Shown here in pieces: positions 9,596 to 19,800 of a stretch of DNA of 64,000 nt. Origin of the DNA: an uncultured Eubacteriales bacterium. GTDB lineage: Bacteria; Bacillota_I; Bacilli_A; RF39; UBA660. The stretch spans positions 86,615-150,614 of the forward strand of contig CAJJKI010000001.1 of NCBI GenBank assembly GCA_905188025.1. Direction: 5' to 3'. The position numbers and the translations under genes were made by a program. Positions within the stretch are counted from its first letter, which is position 1, and each line of letters begins with the position of its first letter. Under the pieces are notes generated by a model. That model saw only the letters and a program-made list of their open reading frames with translations, was not told where the DNA came from and ran no database searches.

Positions 9596-9728
9596 CTAAA
9601 TCAACTCCTATCAAATTATATCACATAAAAGCAATAAATTTATATATTATTTTACATTAATATTATTTATTTTCAATCAAAACTTTAATACTTCTACTTC
9701 TTCAATATATACAAATTTCTAACGATTT

Positions 9729-9755
9729 AAAAAACCAACTCCATTTCTAGAATTG
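9729..9755 (-). terminator. possible intrinsic terminator after tRNA-Thr
   Basis: Minus strand: CAATTC-loop-GAGTTG (6 bp, one G-U pair) followed by GTTTTTT. Confidence 0.35.
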
Positions 9756-9797
9756 ATTTTGCTAGTAATTGAACCAAAGCTCAAATAAATTTCCCAC

Positions 9798-9873
9798 TGG
9801 TGCTGAAAACAGGAATTGAACCCGCAACCTACTGATTACGATTCAGTTGCTCTACCGATTGAGCTATTTCAGC
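9798..9873 (-). tRNA. tRNA-Thr (anticodon CGU)
   Basis: 76-nt cloverleaf folded by hand. Acceptor GCTGAAA/TTTCAGC, D arm GCTC-AATCGGTA-GAGC, anticodon arm ACTGA-AT[CGT]AA-TCAGT, T loop TTCAATT, encoded CCA. Confidence 0.9.
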
Positions 9874-9885
9874 ATATAAAGAGAA

Positions 9886-10110
9886 TTACTCCTCTACTTT
9901 AAATTCCTCTAAAGTACCATTCTCTTTTAATATTTTATTTACCTTCTCTGTAGCTTTATTTAATTTATCAGAGCATTCCTTAGCTAATTTCATTGCCTTA
10001 GTATATTTCTCAATAGCTTCATCTAAATTAGCTTCTCCACTCTCAAGTTCCTTAACAATTACTTCTAATTCTCTAATCTTATCTTCAAAATTATTTTCAT
10101 TCTTTTCCAT
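9886..10110 (-). CDS. xseB: exodeoxyribonuclease VII small subunit
   Basis: 74-aa coiled-coil protein (LEVIVKELESGEANLDEAIEKYTKAMKL). Its start overlaps the xseA stop. Confidence 0.85.
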   Translation of the reverse strand: MEKNENNFEDKIRELEVIVKELESGEANLDEAIEKYTKAMKLAKECSDKLNKATEKVNKILKENGTLEEFKVEE

Positions 10111-11371
10111 ACTTCACCTCTAAAACCTTAGTATTTATTATACCATCTTTAACTTCAATATTAATTACATCATCTTGACTTATCTTCTTAATATCACTTA
10201 CTACTTTATCATCTTTCTTAACTATTGCATATCCTCTCTTAAGAGTATTCATAGGATTCAATACCTCAAGTTTATTAATTAAATGTTCTAGTCCTTGCAT
10301 CTTAAATTTATACAAAATATCAGGATTAGTAAGTACATAACTATTACTAGCCTTAAATAATCTAATTCTTGTATTATCTAACACTAGTTTCATCTCTTTA
10401 TTAAGTCTATCTATCAAAAAGTCCAAATTTTGTTCCTTAATTTCATACATAGCTGTAGGCTTTTTTAAAACATAACTATTAATTAAACTACCAAGACTTT
10501 GTTTTCTCATATCAATATAACTATTAATACTAATCGTACTTCTTGATCTAACATTATCCAAATATGTCTTAATAGTAGCCATATCAGGTACCGCTAACTC
10601 TGCTGCTGCTGTTGGTGTAGGAGCCCTCAAATCAGCTACAAAATCTGCTATCGTAAAGTCTATCTCATGACCTACAGCACTAATTACTGGCACCTTTGAA
10701 TCATATATTGCTCTTGCCACAATCTCTTCATTAAAAGGCCATAAGTCTTCAATAGAACCGCCACCTCTACCTACAATCAAAGTATCTATATCATATGTAT
10801 TAGCTAACTCAATATTCTTAACTATATCCTTTGCAGCATCTACTCCCTGTACCAAAGAAGGAAATAATATAGTCTCACATATTGGATATCTTCTCTTTAT
10901 CGTAGTAAGTATATCTCTAATAGCAGCCCCTGTACTAGCAGTTACTATCCCTATCTTTCTAGGTACCTTAGGAATTCTCTTCTTCTTACTAGGATCAAAT
11001 AATCCTTCCTGAGCTAACTTTTTCTTTAATTTTTCAAATTCTATATATAAGTTACCAATACCATCTTCCTGCATCTCATCAACATATATTTGATATCCAC
11101 CAGTAGCCTCATACACAGATACCTTTCCTTTTACCAAAACCTTCATCCCATCACTTGGAGTAAATTTTAAAGAACTAGCTCTATAAGAAAACATTACTGC
11201 ATTAATTCTACTAGTTTCATCTTTTAAAGTAAAATAATAATGTCCTCTAGTATGAGCTTTAAAATTAGATATCTCACCCTTCAAATATACTTCTTGTAAG
11301 CATCTATCATTATCAAATAAATCTTTTAAATATCTATTAATTTCCCCTATAGTAATATAATTCTCTACCAT
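10097..11371 (-). CDS. xseA: exodeoxyribonuclease VII large subunit
   Basis: N-terminal OB fold (VYLKGEISNFKAHTRGHYYFTLKD), core IGIVTASTGAAIRD...RGGGSIEDLWPFN. Ends in TGA. Confidence 0.9.
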   Translation of the reverse strand: MVENYITIGEINRYLKDLFDNDRCLQEVYLKGEISNFKAHTRGHYYFTLKDETSRINAVMFSYRASSLKFTPSDGMKVLVKGKVSVYEATGGYQIYVDEMQEDGIGNLYIEFEKLKKKLAQEGLFDPSKKKRIPKVPRKIGIVTASTGAAIRDILTTIKRRYPICETILFPSLVQGVDAAKDIVKNIELANTYDIDTLIVGRGGGSIEDLWPFNEEIVARAIYDSKVPVISAVGHEIDFTIADFVADLRAPTPTAAAELAVPDMATIKTYLDNVRSRSTISINSYIDMRKQSLGSLINSYVLKKPTAMYEIKEQNLDFLIDRLNKEMKLVLDNTRIRLFKASNSYVLTNPDILYKFKMQGLEHLINKLEVLNPMNTLKRGYAIVKKDDKVVSDIKKISQDDVINIEVKDGIINTKVLEVKYGKE

Positions 11372-11769
11372 TATTTCGCCTTACTATGATAAACTTTATC
11401 AAGTACACCATTTATCATCTTACATACTTTATCATCAGAGTATTCTTTACTAAGTCTAATAGCTTCATCAATACAAGTAATATCTGGAGTATCAGTCTTA
11501 ATAATTTCATAGATACCCATTCTAAGAATAGCTTGATCAGTATATCCTAATCTATTTATATCCCAGTTCTCTAAATATTTATTAGCTATATCATCTAATA
11601 CTTCAATATTCTCCATTACTCCATTAACAAGCATCTCTATAAATTTATTATCTTCATCTAATTGTTCATGAATAATATCTTTTATATTATAATTTATATT
11701 ATTATTCTTATATAAAAATGCTTGATACAAAATAGTCATTGCTTTATATCTTTGTTCATGTCTTGTCAT
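11371..11769 (-). CDS. nusB: transcription antitermination factor NusB
   Basis: MTRHEQRYKAMTILYQ... and the LRMGIYEI / IDEAIRLSKEY motifs, in a nusB-xseA-xseB arrangement. Confidence 0.9.
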   Translation of the reverse strand: MTRHEQRYKAMTILYQAFLYKNNNINYNIKDIIHEQLDEDNKFIEMLVNGVMENIEVLDDIANKYLENWDINRLGYTDQAILRMGIYEIIKTDTPDITCIDEAIRLSKEYSDDKVCKMINGVLDKVYHSKAK

Positions 11770-11838
11770 TTCTCATCACCACTCCTAATAATGATAACAT
11801 AAAATTAACTTTTTGTCAGTCAAATATAACGATTTTTT

Positions 11839-11878
11839 AAAAAAAATAAAGGACTACCCACCTTTAATAGTCCTTTAT
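11839..11878 (-). terminator. intrinsic terminator after the hydrogenase gene
   Basis: Minus strand: 11-bp perfect stem ATAAAGGACTA/TAGTCCTTTAT followed by T8. Confidence 0.7.
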
Positions 11879-11883
11879 TATCT

Positions 11884-13161
11884 TTATCTATAATTTACAT
11901 GTAATAGTTTTATTGCCTCTTCACTATTAGGCTCTATCAACAATTCTTTATATAATCTCTTAATCTTAGGATTTTCATAACTATTCTTTCTCTTAACAGT
12001 CTTATCTTTGTGATATATTGCCTTACTTCTAACTTCTTTATTTATATTAGTAATTTTATACTGCTTACTGCCTCCCCCTCCTGCTATACAACCTCCATCA
12101 CATGCCATTACTTCTACTATATCAAATTTTTCTCCATTCTTAATTCTATCCATTAATTTAGGAACATCACCAGTACCATTAATAACTGCTACTCTTATAT
12201 CTTTATCACCTAGCTTAATCACCCTAGTTTTAATATCCTCAAGTCCTCTCACTAGCTTATTATTAAGAAGTCTCTTCGGAGGATTTCTATGCGTAATAAG
12301 ATGATAACTATATCTAAGCATTGATTCCATAACTCCACCACTAGTACCAAAAATAAGTCCTGCTGAAGTACCTGTAAAGTCATCAAATCTTGAATTATCT
12401 AACTTTCTAAAATCAATGTCCCCTTCACGTATCCAACTAGCCATTTCTCTAACCGTAATTGCATAATCCACGTCATCACTCTTAGTTATCTCATATTTCT
12501 TAGCAGTACAAGGCACTATCGCTACTACCTTATATTTATTAATCCTATTCTTCTTAACAAAATAATTCTTAATAACTGCTCCCATCATTAATATAGGACT
12601 CTTTGTACTAGACAAATTACCTACCATCTCCGGATAAAATTCTTCCATATACTTAACCCATGCTGGGCAACAACTAGTAAACATTGGTGTCTCGCTCCCG
12701 TCTTCTAGTCTCCTAACAAACTCTTGAGCCTCTTCACAAATAGTTAGATCAGCTCCAAAAGAAGTATCAAATACATAACTAACTCCTAATTCATGAAGTG
12801 CTGTTATCAACTTACCAATAACATTCTTACCAGGCTTATATCCAAATTCATCTCCCAAAAGATATCTTGTTGCCGGAGCAATTTCTACAATTACTTGGTA
12901 TCCATTCTCTATATCCTTCTTTACCTTCTTATAGTCTTCTACCTCTAATATAGCATTATTAGGACATACCAAAGAACATTGTCCACAATTTATACATATA
13001 GGCTTCTTACTATGTTCCATATCATAGTGCCCATATACCCCCATCCTAAAATTACATATTCCCTTACAAGCTCCACAATTATTACACCTATCTAGATCAC
13101 GATAAATACATATATTATCTTTATCTATTGGAACCCTTTTTATATATTCTTTCTTATTCAT
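11884..13161 (-). CDS. hydA: [FeFe]-hydrogenase (two ferredoxin-type 4Fe-4S motifs plus H-cluster domain)
   Basis: H-cluster signatures FTSCCPAWV, VPCTAKKYE, EVMACDGGCIAGGGG. N-terminal CxxCxxCxxxC and CxxCxxCxxxCP motifs. Confidence 0.8.
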   Translation of the reverse strand: MNKKEYIKRVPIDKDNICIYRDLDRCNNCGACKGICNFRMGVYGHYDMEHSKKPICINCGQCSLVCPNNAILEVEDYKKVKKDIENGYQVIVEIAPATRYLLGDEFGYKPGKNVIGKLITALHELGVSYVFDTSFGADLTICEEAQEFVRRLEDGSETPMFTSCCPAWVKYMEEFYPEMVGNLSSTKSPILMMGAVIKNYFVKKNRINKYKVVAIVPCTAKKYEITKSDDVDYAITVREMASWIREGDIDFRKLDNSRFDDFTGTSAGLIFGTSGGVMESMLRYSYHLITHRNPPKRLLNNKLVRGLEDIKTRVIKLGDKDIRVAVINGTGDVPKLMDRIKNGEKFDIVEVMACDGGCIAGGGGSKQYKITNINKEVRSKAIYHKDKTVKRKNSYENPKIKRLYKELLIEPNSEEAIKLLHVNYR

Positions 13162-14155
13162 GATTTTTTACTGCATAATTATAAGCACTAGATACCATCT
13201 CAGGTAAGCCATGAGTAGCTTCCCAATCTAACTTTTCCTTAGCATAACTAGTATCAGCATAACATTCTGCTATATCTCCTTCTCTTCTTGGAGCTATCTC
13301 ATAAGGAACATCTACTTTATTAACTTCACTAAAAGCATTAACCATCTCAAGTACACTATAACCTACCCCTGTACCTAAATTATAATAATCTATTCCAGTA
13401 TGCTTATCAATATATTCAATAGCTTTAATATGACCAAGAGCTAAATCTACTACATGAATATAATCTCTTACTCCAGTACCATCTCTTGTCTCATAATCAT
13501 CACCAAATATATTTAAATGAGGTAATTCTCCTTCAGCTACCTTAACAATATAAGGCATTAAATTATTTGGTATACCATTAGGATCCTCTCCAAGTAATCC
13601 ACTCTCATGAGCCCCTACTGGATTAAAATATCTAAGTATTGCAATACTATAATCATTATCAGCTATATATACATCCTTTAAAATACCCTCTATATATAAC
13701 TTCGTAGTACCATATGGATTAGTAGTCTTAAGTCTAGCATTCTCCTTAATAGGCAATTCTTCTGGATCCCCATATACTGTAGCAGATGATGAGAACACTA
13801 TCTTCTTAACCCCATATTCATTCATTACTTCAAGTAAAGTTAATGTTGAATCAAGATTATTTCTATAATACATTAAAGGCTTAGCTACTGATTCTCCTAC
13901 TGCCTTAAATCCTGCAAAATGAATAACAGCATCTATCTTTTCCTTATCAAATACCTTTCTTAACTTCTCCTTATCACATACATCTAATTCATAAAAATTA
14001 ATCTCTTGCCCTGTTATCTCTTTAAGTCTATCTAATACAATAGGTTTAGAATTACTAAAATCATCTACTGCTACCACTTCATATCCTCTCTTCAATAATT
14101 CTACAATTGTATGACTTCCTATATAACCAGTTCCTCCAGTTACTAATATTTTCAT
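13154..14155 (-). CDS. galE: UDP-glucose 4-epimerase
   Basis: MKILVTGGTGYIGSHT Rossmann motif, SSSATVYG, YGTTK catalytic motif. Start re-set to ATG 14155 after AGGAGGAG. Confidence 0.9.
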   Translation of the reverse strand: MKILVTGGTGYIGSHTIVELLKRGYEVVAVDDFSNSKPIVLDRLKEITGQEINFYELDVCDKEKLRKVFDKEKIDAVIHFAGFKAVGESVAKPLMYYRNNLDSTLTLLEVMNEYGVKKIVFSSSATVYGDPEELPIKENARLKTTNPYGTTKLYIEGILKDVYIADNDYSIAILRYFNPVGAHESGLLGEDPNGIPNNLMPYIVKVAEGELPHLNIFGDDYETRDGTGVRDYIHVVDLALGHIKAIEYIDKHTGIDYYNLGTGVGYSVLEMVNAFSEVNKVDVPYEIAPRREGDIAECYADTSYAKEKLDWEATHGLPEMVSSAYNYAVKNHE

Positions 14156-14223
14156 TTTATCTCCTCCTATCAAAATAAGATGATAAGTATCTATCTATTA
14201 TGCCTTACCATCTTACTTTTCTT

Positions 14224-16767
14224 CTATTTATCTTCTATTTCATCAAGTATCTCATCTATTGTCATAATCTTCTCATCAATATTCTTTAATGCCTTATATT
14301 CCTTATTAACACTACCAGTATCTTTCTTTGAAGTATCCTCTTTATCTTCACTAGTATTAGAAATATTACTATCTCCATCACTTACTAATTTACTCTTCTT
14401 ATAAGTATCAAGCACTCTATCTTTAACAATAAATGAGCCATTACTTTGCTTATCCATAATAGCTATCTCCGTAAGTTTTACTGGCTTAACTTCTGCTATT
14501 GATGTAATAACTAATTCCGTATCCTTAGGTACTATATAACTACTTACTATCTTACTAGGATTACTCTTAATAGTTTTCATTAATTGTACCCCTCTATTAG
14601 CTCTACTAGTCTTCTCAATATTTTCTAACTTCATTCTCTTAGCAGTACCCTTATCTGTAATAATTGTTAAATATTCATCCTTTGGATCAAATAAATAACT
14701 ACTTACCACCTCATCATCTTTAAGCTTTATTGATCTAACTCCACTAGCTCTAATACCTACTACACTAACTTCAGAAATGTCATACCATAGTCCATATCCC
14801 ATTTGCGTAGCCACAAACACGTCACTATTATTACTATAACTAACATTAATAACCTTATCTCCTTGAGCTAACTTAATCATGCCAATTTCTTTAGAATATC
14901 TACCTACCTTAAAGTCTATTAACTTAGTTCTCTTAACCATTCCATCCTTAGTAAATACTGTTATGTATTCATCTCTATTAAAGTCATATACTGGCATAGC
15001 TCCAATAATTTGCCCTCCTGATGACATACTAACTATATTACTAACATGTTTACCCATTTCTTTCCATTTAACTTCCGGTATCTCATATACTGGTAAAAAT
15101 AAATAATTACCCATATCAGTAAATACAAGTACTGTTTGTGTTGTATTAATATTATATAATCCAATTATATAGTCTCCATCCTTAAGAAGTGTCTCATCCG
15201 TATTAGTAGCATAACTTCTAGTACTAACTCTCTTAATATATCCATCATGTGTAACTACTACTATTGCATCTTCCTTAGGAATCATATCCGTAGTATCTAT
15301 CTTAATTTCTTCTACTTCATCAACTATTTCCGTTCTTCTAGGATTACCATATTCCTTCTTGATCTTTCTAAGTTCTTCCTTAATAACCATCTTAAGTTTC
15401 TCTTCATCAGCAAGTATTGCCTCTAACATAGCCATAATCTTCTCTAAGTTACCTTTCTCTTCTTGTAAAGTAACAATATCCGTATTAGTTAATCTATATA
15501 GTTGTAATATTACTATCTCCGTAGCCTGATCCTCCGTAAATCCATATTCACGTACCAAGTTAACTATTGCATCAGCTTTATTCTTACTACCTCTAATAGT
15601 CTTAATAACCTGATCAAGTATTGATATAGCTTTAATAAGACCTTCTACTATATGATATCTCTTCTTAGCATGAGCTAAATCATATTCACTTCTCTTAGTA
15701 ACTACTTCCTTCTGATGAGCTATATAAGCATCAAGTATTGGTATTAATCCTAATTGCATTGGCCTACGATTAACTATTGCTATCATATTATAATTATAAC
15801 TTATCTGTAACTCCGTATTCTTATACAAATAATTTAATATATTCTTACTATTAGCATCTTTCTTTAAATCTATCGTTATCTGTAAACCATTCTTATCAGT
15901 TTCATCTCTTACTTCTACAATACCATCTATCTTCTTATCTATCCTGATTTCATCTATTCTCTTTACCAGTAATTGTTTATTTACTTCATAAGGAATCTCT
16001 GTAATAACTATCTTATTCTTATCTACTGTAAGCTTACTCCTAATAGTTATCTTCCCCCTACCAGTCTCATATGCTTGTCTTATACCATCTATTCCAATAG
16101 CCAAGCCTCCTGTAGGAAAGTCTGGCCCCTTAACATAATTAAGTAAAGTATCAAGTCTACTATTAGGATTATCTATTCTATATATAGTAGCATCTATTAC
16201 CTCACTCAAATTATGTGGAGGAATATTTGTTGCATATCCCGCTGATATACCTGTTGTACCATTTACTAAAAGATTAGGAAATCTTGCCGGTAAAACAGTT
16301 GGCTCCATCAAAGTATCATCATAGTTAGGAGCAAAATTAACTGTCTCTTTATCTATATCTCTAAGCATCTCATTACTAATCTTCGATAATCTTGCTTCAG
16401 TATAACGACTAGCAGCAGCTGAGTCCCCATCAATAGATCCATTATTTCCTTGCATATCAATAAATGGCTCTCTCATCTTAAAATCCTGACTCATTCTAAC
16501 TATTGCATCATATATAGAACTATCCCCATGAGGATGATACTTACCCATAACGTCACCAACAGCTCTAGCTGACTTTTTATATGGCTTATCATAAGTATTC
16601 TTTTCTTTATACATTGAGAATAATATTCTTCTCTGAACAGGCTTAAGTCCATCCCTAACATCCGGAATTGCTCTATCTTGTATAATATATTTTGAGTATT
16701 TACCAAAACGCTCTCCCATTATTTCTTCAAGCGCATACTCATGTATTCTATTGTTTTCTTCATTCAT
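14224..16767 (-). CDS. parC: DNA topoisomerase IV subunit A
   Basis: FGKYSKYIIQDRAIPDVRDGLKPVQRRILFSM and GKYHPHGDSSIYDAIVRMSQ are ParC-type rather than GyrA-type. Acidic C-terminal tail. Confidence 0.85.
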   Translation of the reverse strand: MNEENNRIHEYALEEIMGERFGKYSKYIIQDRAIPDVRDGLKPVQRRILFSMYKEKNTYDKPYKKSARAVGDVMGKYHPHGDSSIYDAIVRMSQDFKMREPFIDMQGNNGSIDGDSAAASRYTEARLSKISNEMLRDIDKETVNFAPNYDDTLMEPTVLPARFPNLLVNGTTGISAGYATNIPPHNLSEVIDATIYRIDNPNSRLDTLLNYVKGPDFPTGGLAIGIDGIRQAYETGRGKITIRSKLTVDKNKIVITEIPYEVNKQLLVKRIDEIRIDKKIDGIVEVRDETDKNGLQITIDLKKDANSKNILNYLYKNTELQISYNYNMIAIVNRRPMQLGLIPILDAYIAHQKEVVTKRSEYDLAHAKKRYHIVEGLIKAISILDQVIKTIRGSKNKADAIVNLVREYGFTEDQATEIVILQLYRLTNTDIVTLQEEKGNLEKIMAMLEAILADEEKLKMVIKEELRKIKKEYGNPRRTEIVDEVEEIKIDTTDMIPKEDAIVVVTHDGYIKRVSTRSYATNTDETLLKDGDYIIGLYNINTTQTVLVFTDMGNYLFLPVYEIPEVKWKEMGKHVSNIVSMSSGGQIIGAMPVYDFNRDEYITVFTKDGMVKRTKLIDFKVGRYSKEIGMIKLAQGDKVINVSYSNNSDVFVATQMGYGLWYDISEVSVVGIRASGVRSIKLKDDEVVSSYLFDPKDEYLTIITDKGTAKRMKLENIEKTSRANRGVQLMKTIKSNPSKIVSSYIVPKDTELVITSIAEVKPVKLTEIAIMDKQSNGSFIVKDRVLDTYKKSKLVSDGDSNISNTSEDKEDTSKKDTGSVNKEYKALKNIDEKIMTIDEILDEIEDK

Positions 16768-16854
16768 GCCTATCACCTAGACTAATAATATCATAAAATC
16801 CCCTATTTTTCAACAAACTATACACCTTTTTCCAAAAGAATTGACACTATTACC

Positions 16855-16884
16855 AAAAGAAAAAAAGTAGATTTTATCTACTTT
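16855..16884 (-). terminator. intrinsic terminator after the adhesin gene
   Basis: Minus strand: stem AAAGTAGAT/ATCTACTTT (9 bp) followed by TTTTTCTTTT. Confidence 0.65.
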
Positions 16885-16895
16885 CTCTCACTATA

Positions 16896-19800
16896 TTATA
16901 TTCTTTTTTTGAATAATAACATTACTATTCCTAGAATAAATAATCCAATATTATTAGTATTATTTCCTTCATATCCAGTTTGTGGTGGCAATGGTATTAA
17001 ACTATATACGTAAGTAACTTCTTGTGTTTCTTCCATATATTCACCAGTTTCATTACCCTTAACTTCTTTCAAATAATACTTATCAAAAGCTTTCTTATTA
17101 GCCTTATATTCAGATCCTACTAATCCAGTCATCTCTTCACTTGGAGCAAGTTCTTCTCCATCTTCAGTAACATAATTAACTATTACAGTTCCCTTAAGTA
17201 CCTTAGTACCAGTTTCATCCTTAGATGGCTTCTCAGTATCTCCATAAGTAAGCATTGCTTCTACTTTGTTAATAACCATTTCTTTATCAACATTTTTAAA
17301 ATATAATTCTAAATTAATTACCACTTCAATTGTATTATCTTCTTCACTATTAATAGTCTTATTATATTCACAAACTATCATAGAATTAATATATTTACAA
17401 GCAATATTATTATTAGTATCAATAATTGATTTTTCCACATCTATTTCATATGGTAAAACATCTTTAATAACTAATTTAACATCACCTACATAATCTTTAA
17501 TTACTGCATTATACGTAATCGTATATATAAATGCCTCATTAATTGAAGATACTTCCTCAAGACCTATCTTTTGAACTTCTTCTTCTGAAGTACCAATATT
17601 CTTTGTATACACATATTTAACAATAATATCTTCTTCTGTATATACTCCATTCTTATTAACTGGCATTTCCTTTAAAGTATATCCAAGAATTGATTTTTCA
17701 TGCGTTGTATATTCACTATCAATAAGTCCTGTCGTCTCTTCACTATCTGCTAATGTATTATTTGCTTCATCAACATAAATAGCTGTTACTTTAGATGCTT
17801 TAATAACATCCTCAACACTATCATTAGAGTTTTCCTTATTGTTTCCATAAGTAAGTTCTGCATTAACAATATTCTTAACTGTTAAATCAGTTTCACTAGT
17901 TAATCCAAGATATTTAACTATTACATGGAATTCTGCATTAACAAGATTATTTTTTTCATCTATTTTAACTGTCTTAAAGCATGTTAATGTATTCGTATCT
18001 TTATTAAAACTACAAGCATTTTCATCATATTTTATTTCTTTTACAGTATAAGGTAATTTATCTGTAAGTTTAATCGTAGCACTTCCTACATAGTCTTCAA
18101 TCTTACCATTATAACTAAGAACATATTCAAACTCTGAATTTATTCCAGATATTTCTTTTATTTGTGTCTTTGATGTCACTGTTTCACTAACTGTACCATC
18201 ATTTTTAGTATATATATAATCTACATAAATAGTTTCTTTAGCCGCATATTTACCATTCTTATTAACTGGCATTTCTTTTAAAGTATATCCATATATTTCT
18301 TTTTCATGAGTAGTATATTCAGATCCACCAAGTCCTGTATTAGATACTTCAGGAGCTATTTCCTTCTTATCTTCATCTAAATATCTAGCAATAACTGTAC
18401 CCTTGAATACTTCAGTTTCAGTTTCATCTTTACCTTCAGAAGTATTTTTTCCATATTCTAACTTAGATTCAACTTTATTAGTAATCTTATCAGAATCAAT
18501 ATTCTTAAATTTTAGTGATAAAGCAAAACTTGCTTCTACCTTAGTATTATTTTCACTAATAGTAAATTCTTTCTCACAAGTTAATGTTTTATCTTGAACA
18601 TTGTAAGTACATCCCTCATAAGTAGAATTATCATCTAATTCATAAGGTAATCTATCTACTAAAGTTAATTTAGCAGTACCTTTATAATCCTTAATTTCTC
18701 CCTTATAAGTTAATGTATAATTAAATACTCCATTAACACTAGTAATATCTTTTGGACCAGTCTTAACTACACTATTCTCAGTAACTGTTCCATCATTCTT
18801 AGTATAAGTAAATACTACTTCTGTTGTTCCTTCAATATATTTACCATTAGTATTACCTGTGTCTTCTTTAAAAGTATATCCATATATTTCTTTCTTTGTT
18901 TCATTATAAGTTGTTCCTACTGCTTTTGTAGTTAAAACTGGCTCTAATAAATCTTTTCCATTTTCATCTACATGTTTAACAGTTAAATTACCTTGAATAT
19001 TAACTTCTACTTCTGTGCTATCTTCTACACCATTAGTATTAATATTTTTAACCATAACATTTCCATGTACAGTATTTGTTAACTTATTATTATCACTTGC
19101 TGATATATCTGCATAATCAACATAAACAACACTATAATTAACTGTTTCACTTACAGTATATTCTTTTACAAAATCTTCTTCTACAGTTATTTCTTTAATC
19201 CAAGTAACTTTATTATTTCCATCATATACCCCATCATTTAATTTAGTACTCTTATTATTTGTATCTATCTTAGCAGGTAGTGTATCTACAATTGTAACTG
19301 TTATCTTATCATCTTTTCTAACATTATTAACTACAGCCTCATAATTAACTGTATAATTAACAACTGTCTTACTATCTATAATTATTTCATTATTAGTAGT
19401 AGTCTTTTTAATACTTTCTTTTCCATAAGGAATTTCAGTTTTAATATAATATATATTTAAATCATTTTCATCTGGATTTGTTCCAATTTTCTTTTCTTGA
19501 TAATTATAAGCATTCTTATCTGGATCTAAGAAATAATTACCCTTATTATTAAGAACTTCTTCCTTTAAATGATATTCTGAAGCCTTAATAGTACTTCCAT
19601 ACTCTTTAGTTCCCTCTTCTGTTAATTCAGTATCTTGATTATTATCAAAATAATAATTAACTGTAAATTTAAACATATCCTTAATATAATATACATTAAT
19701 TACTTTATTATCACTATCAATAGTAACAATATTTTTATCACTCTTAATATCATCTAATTTATATCCTTTTAATTCATATTTTTCAATGATACTATTATCT

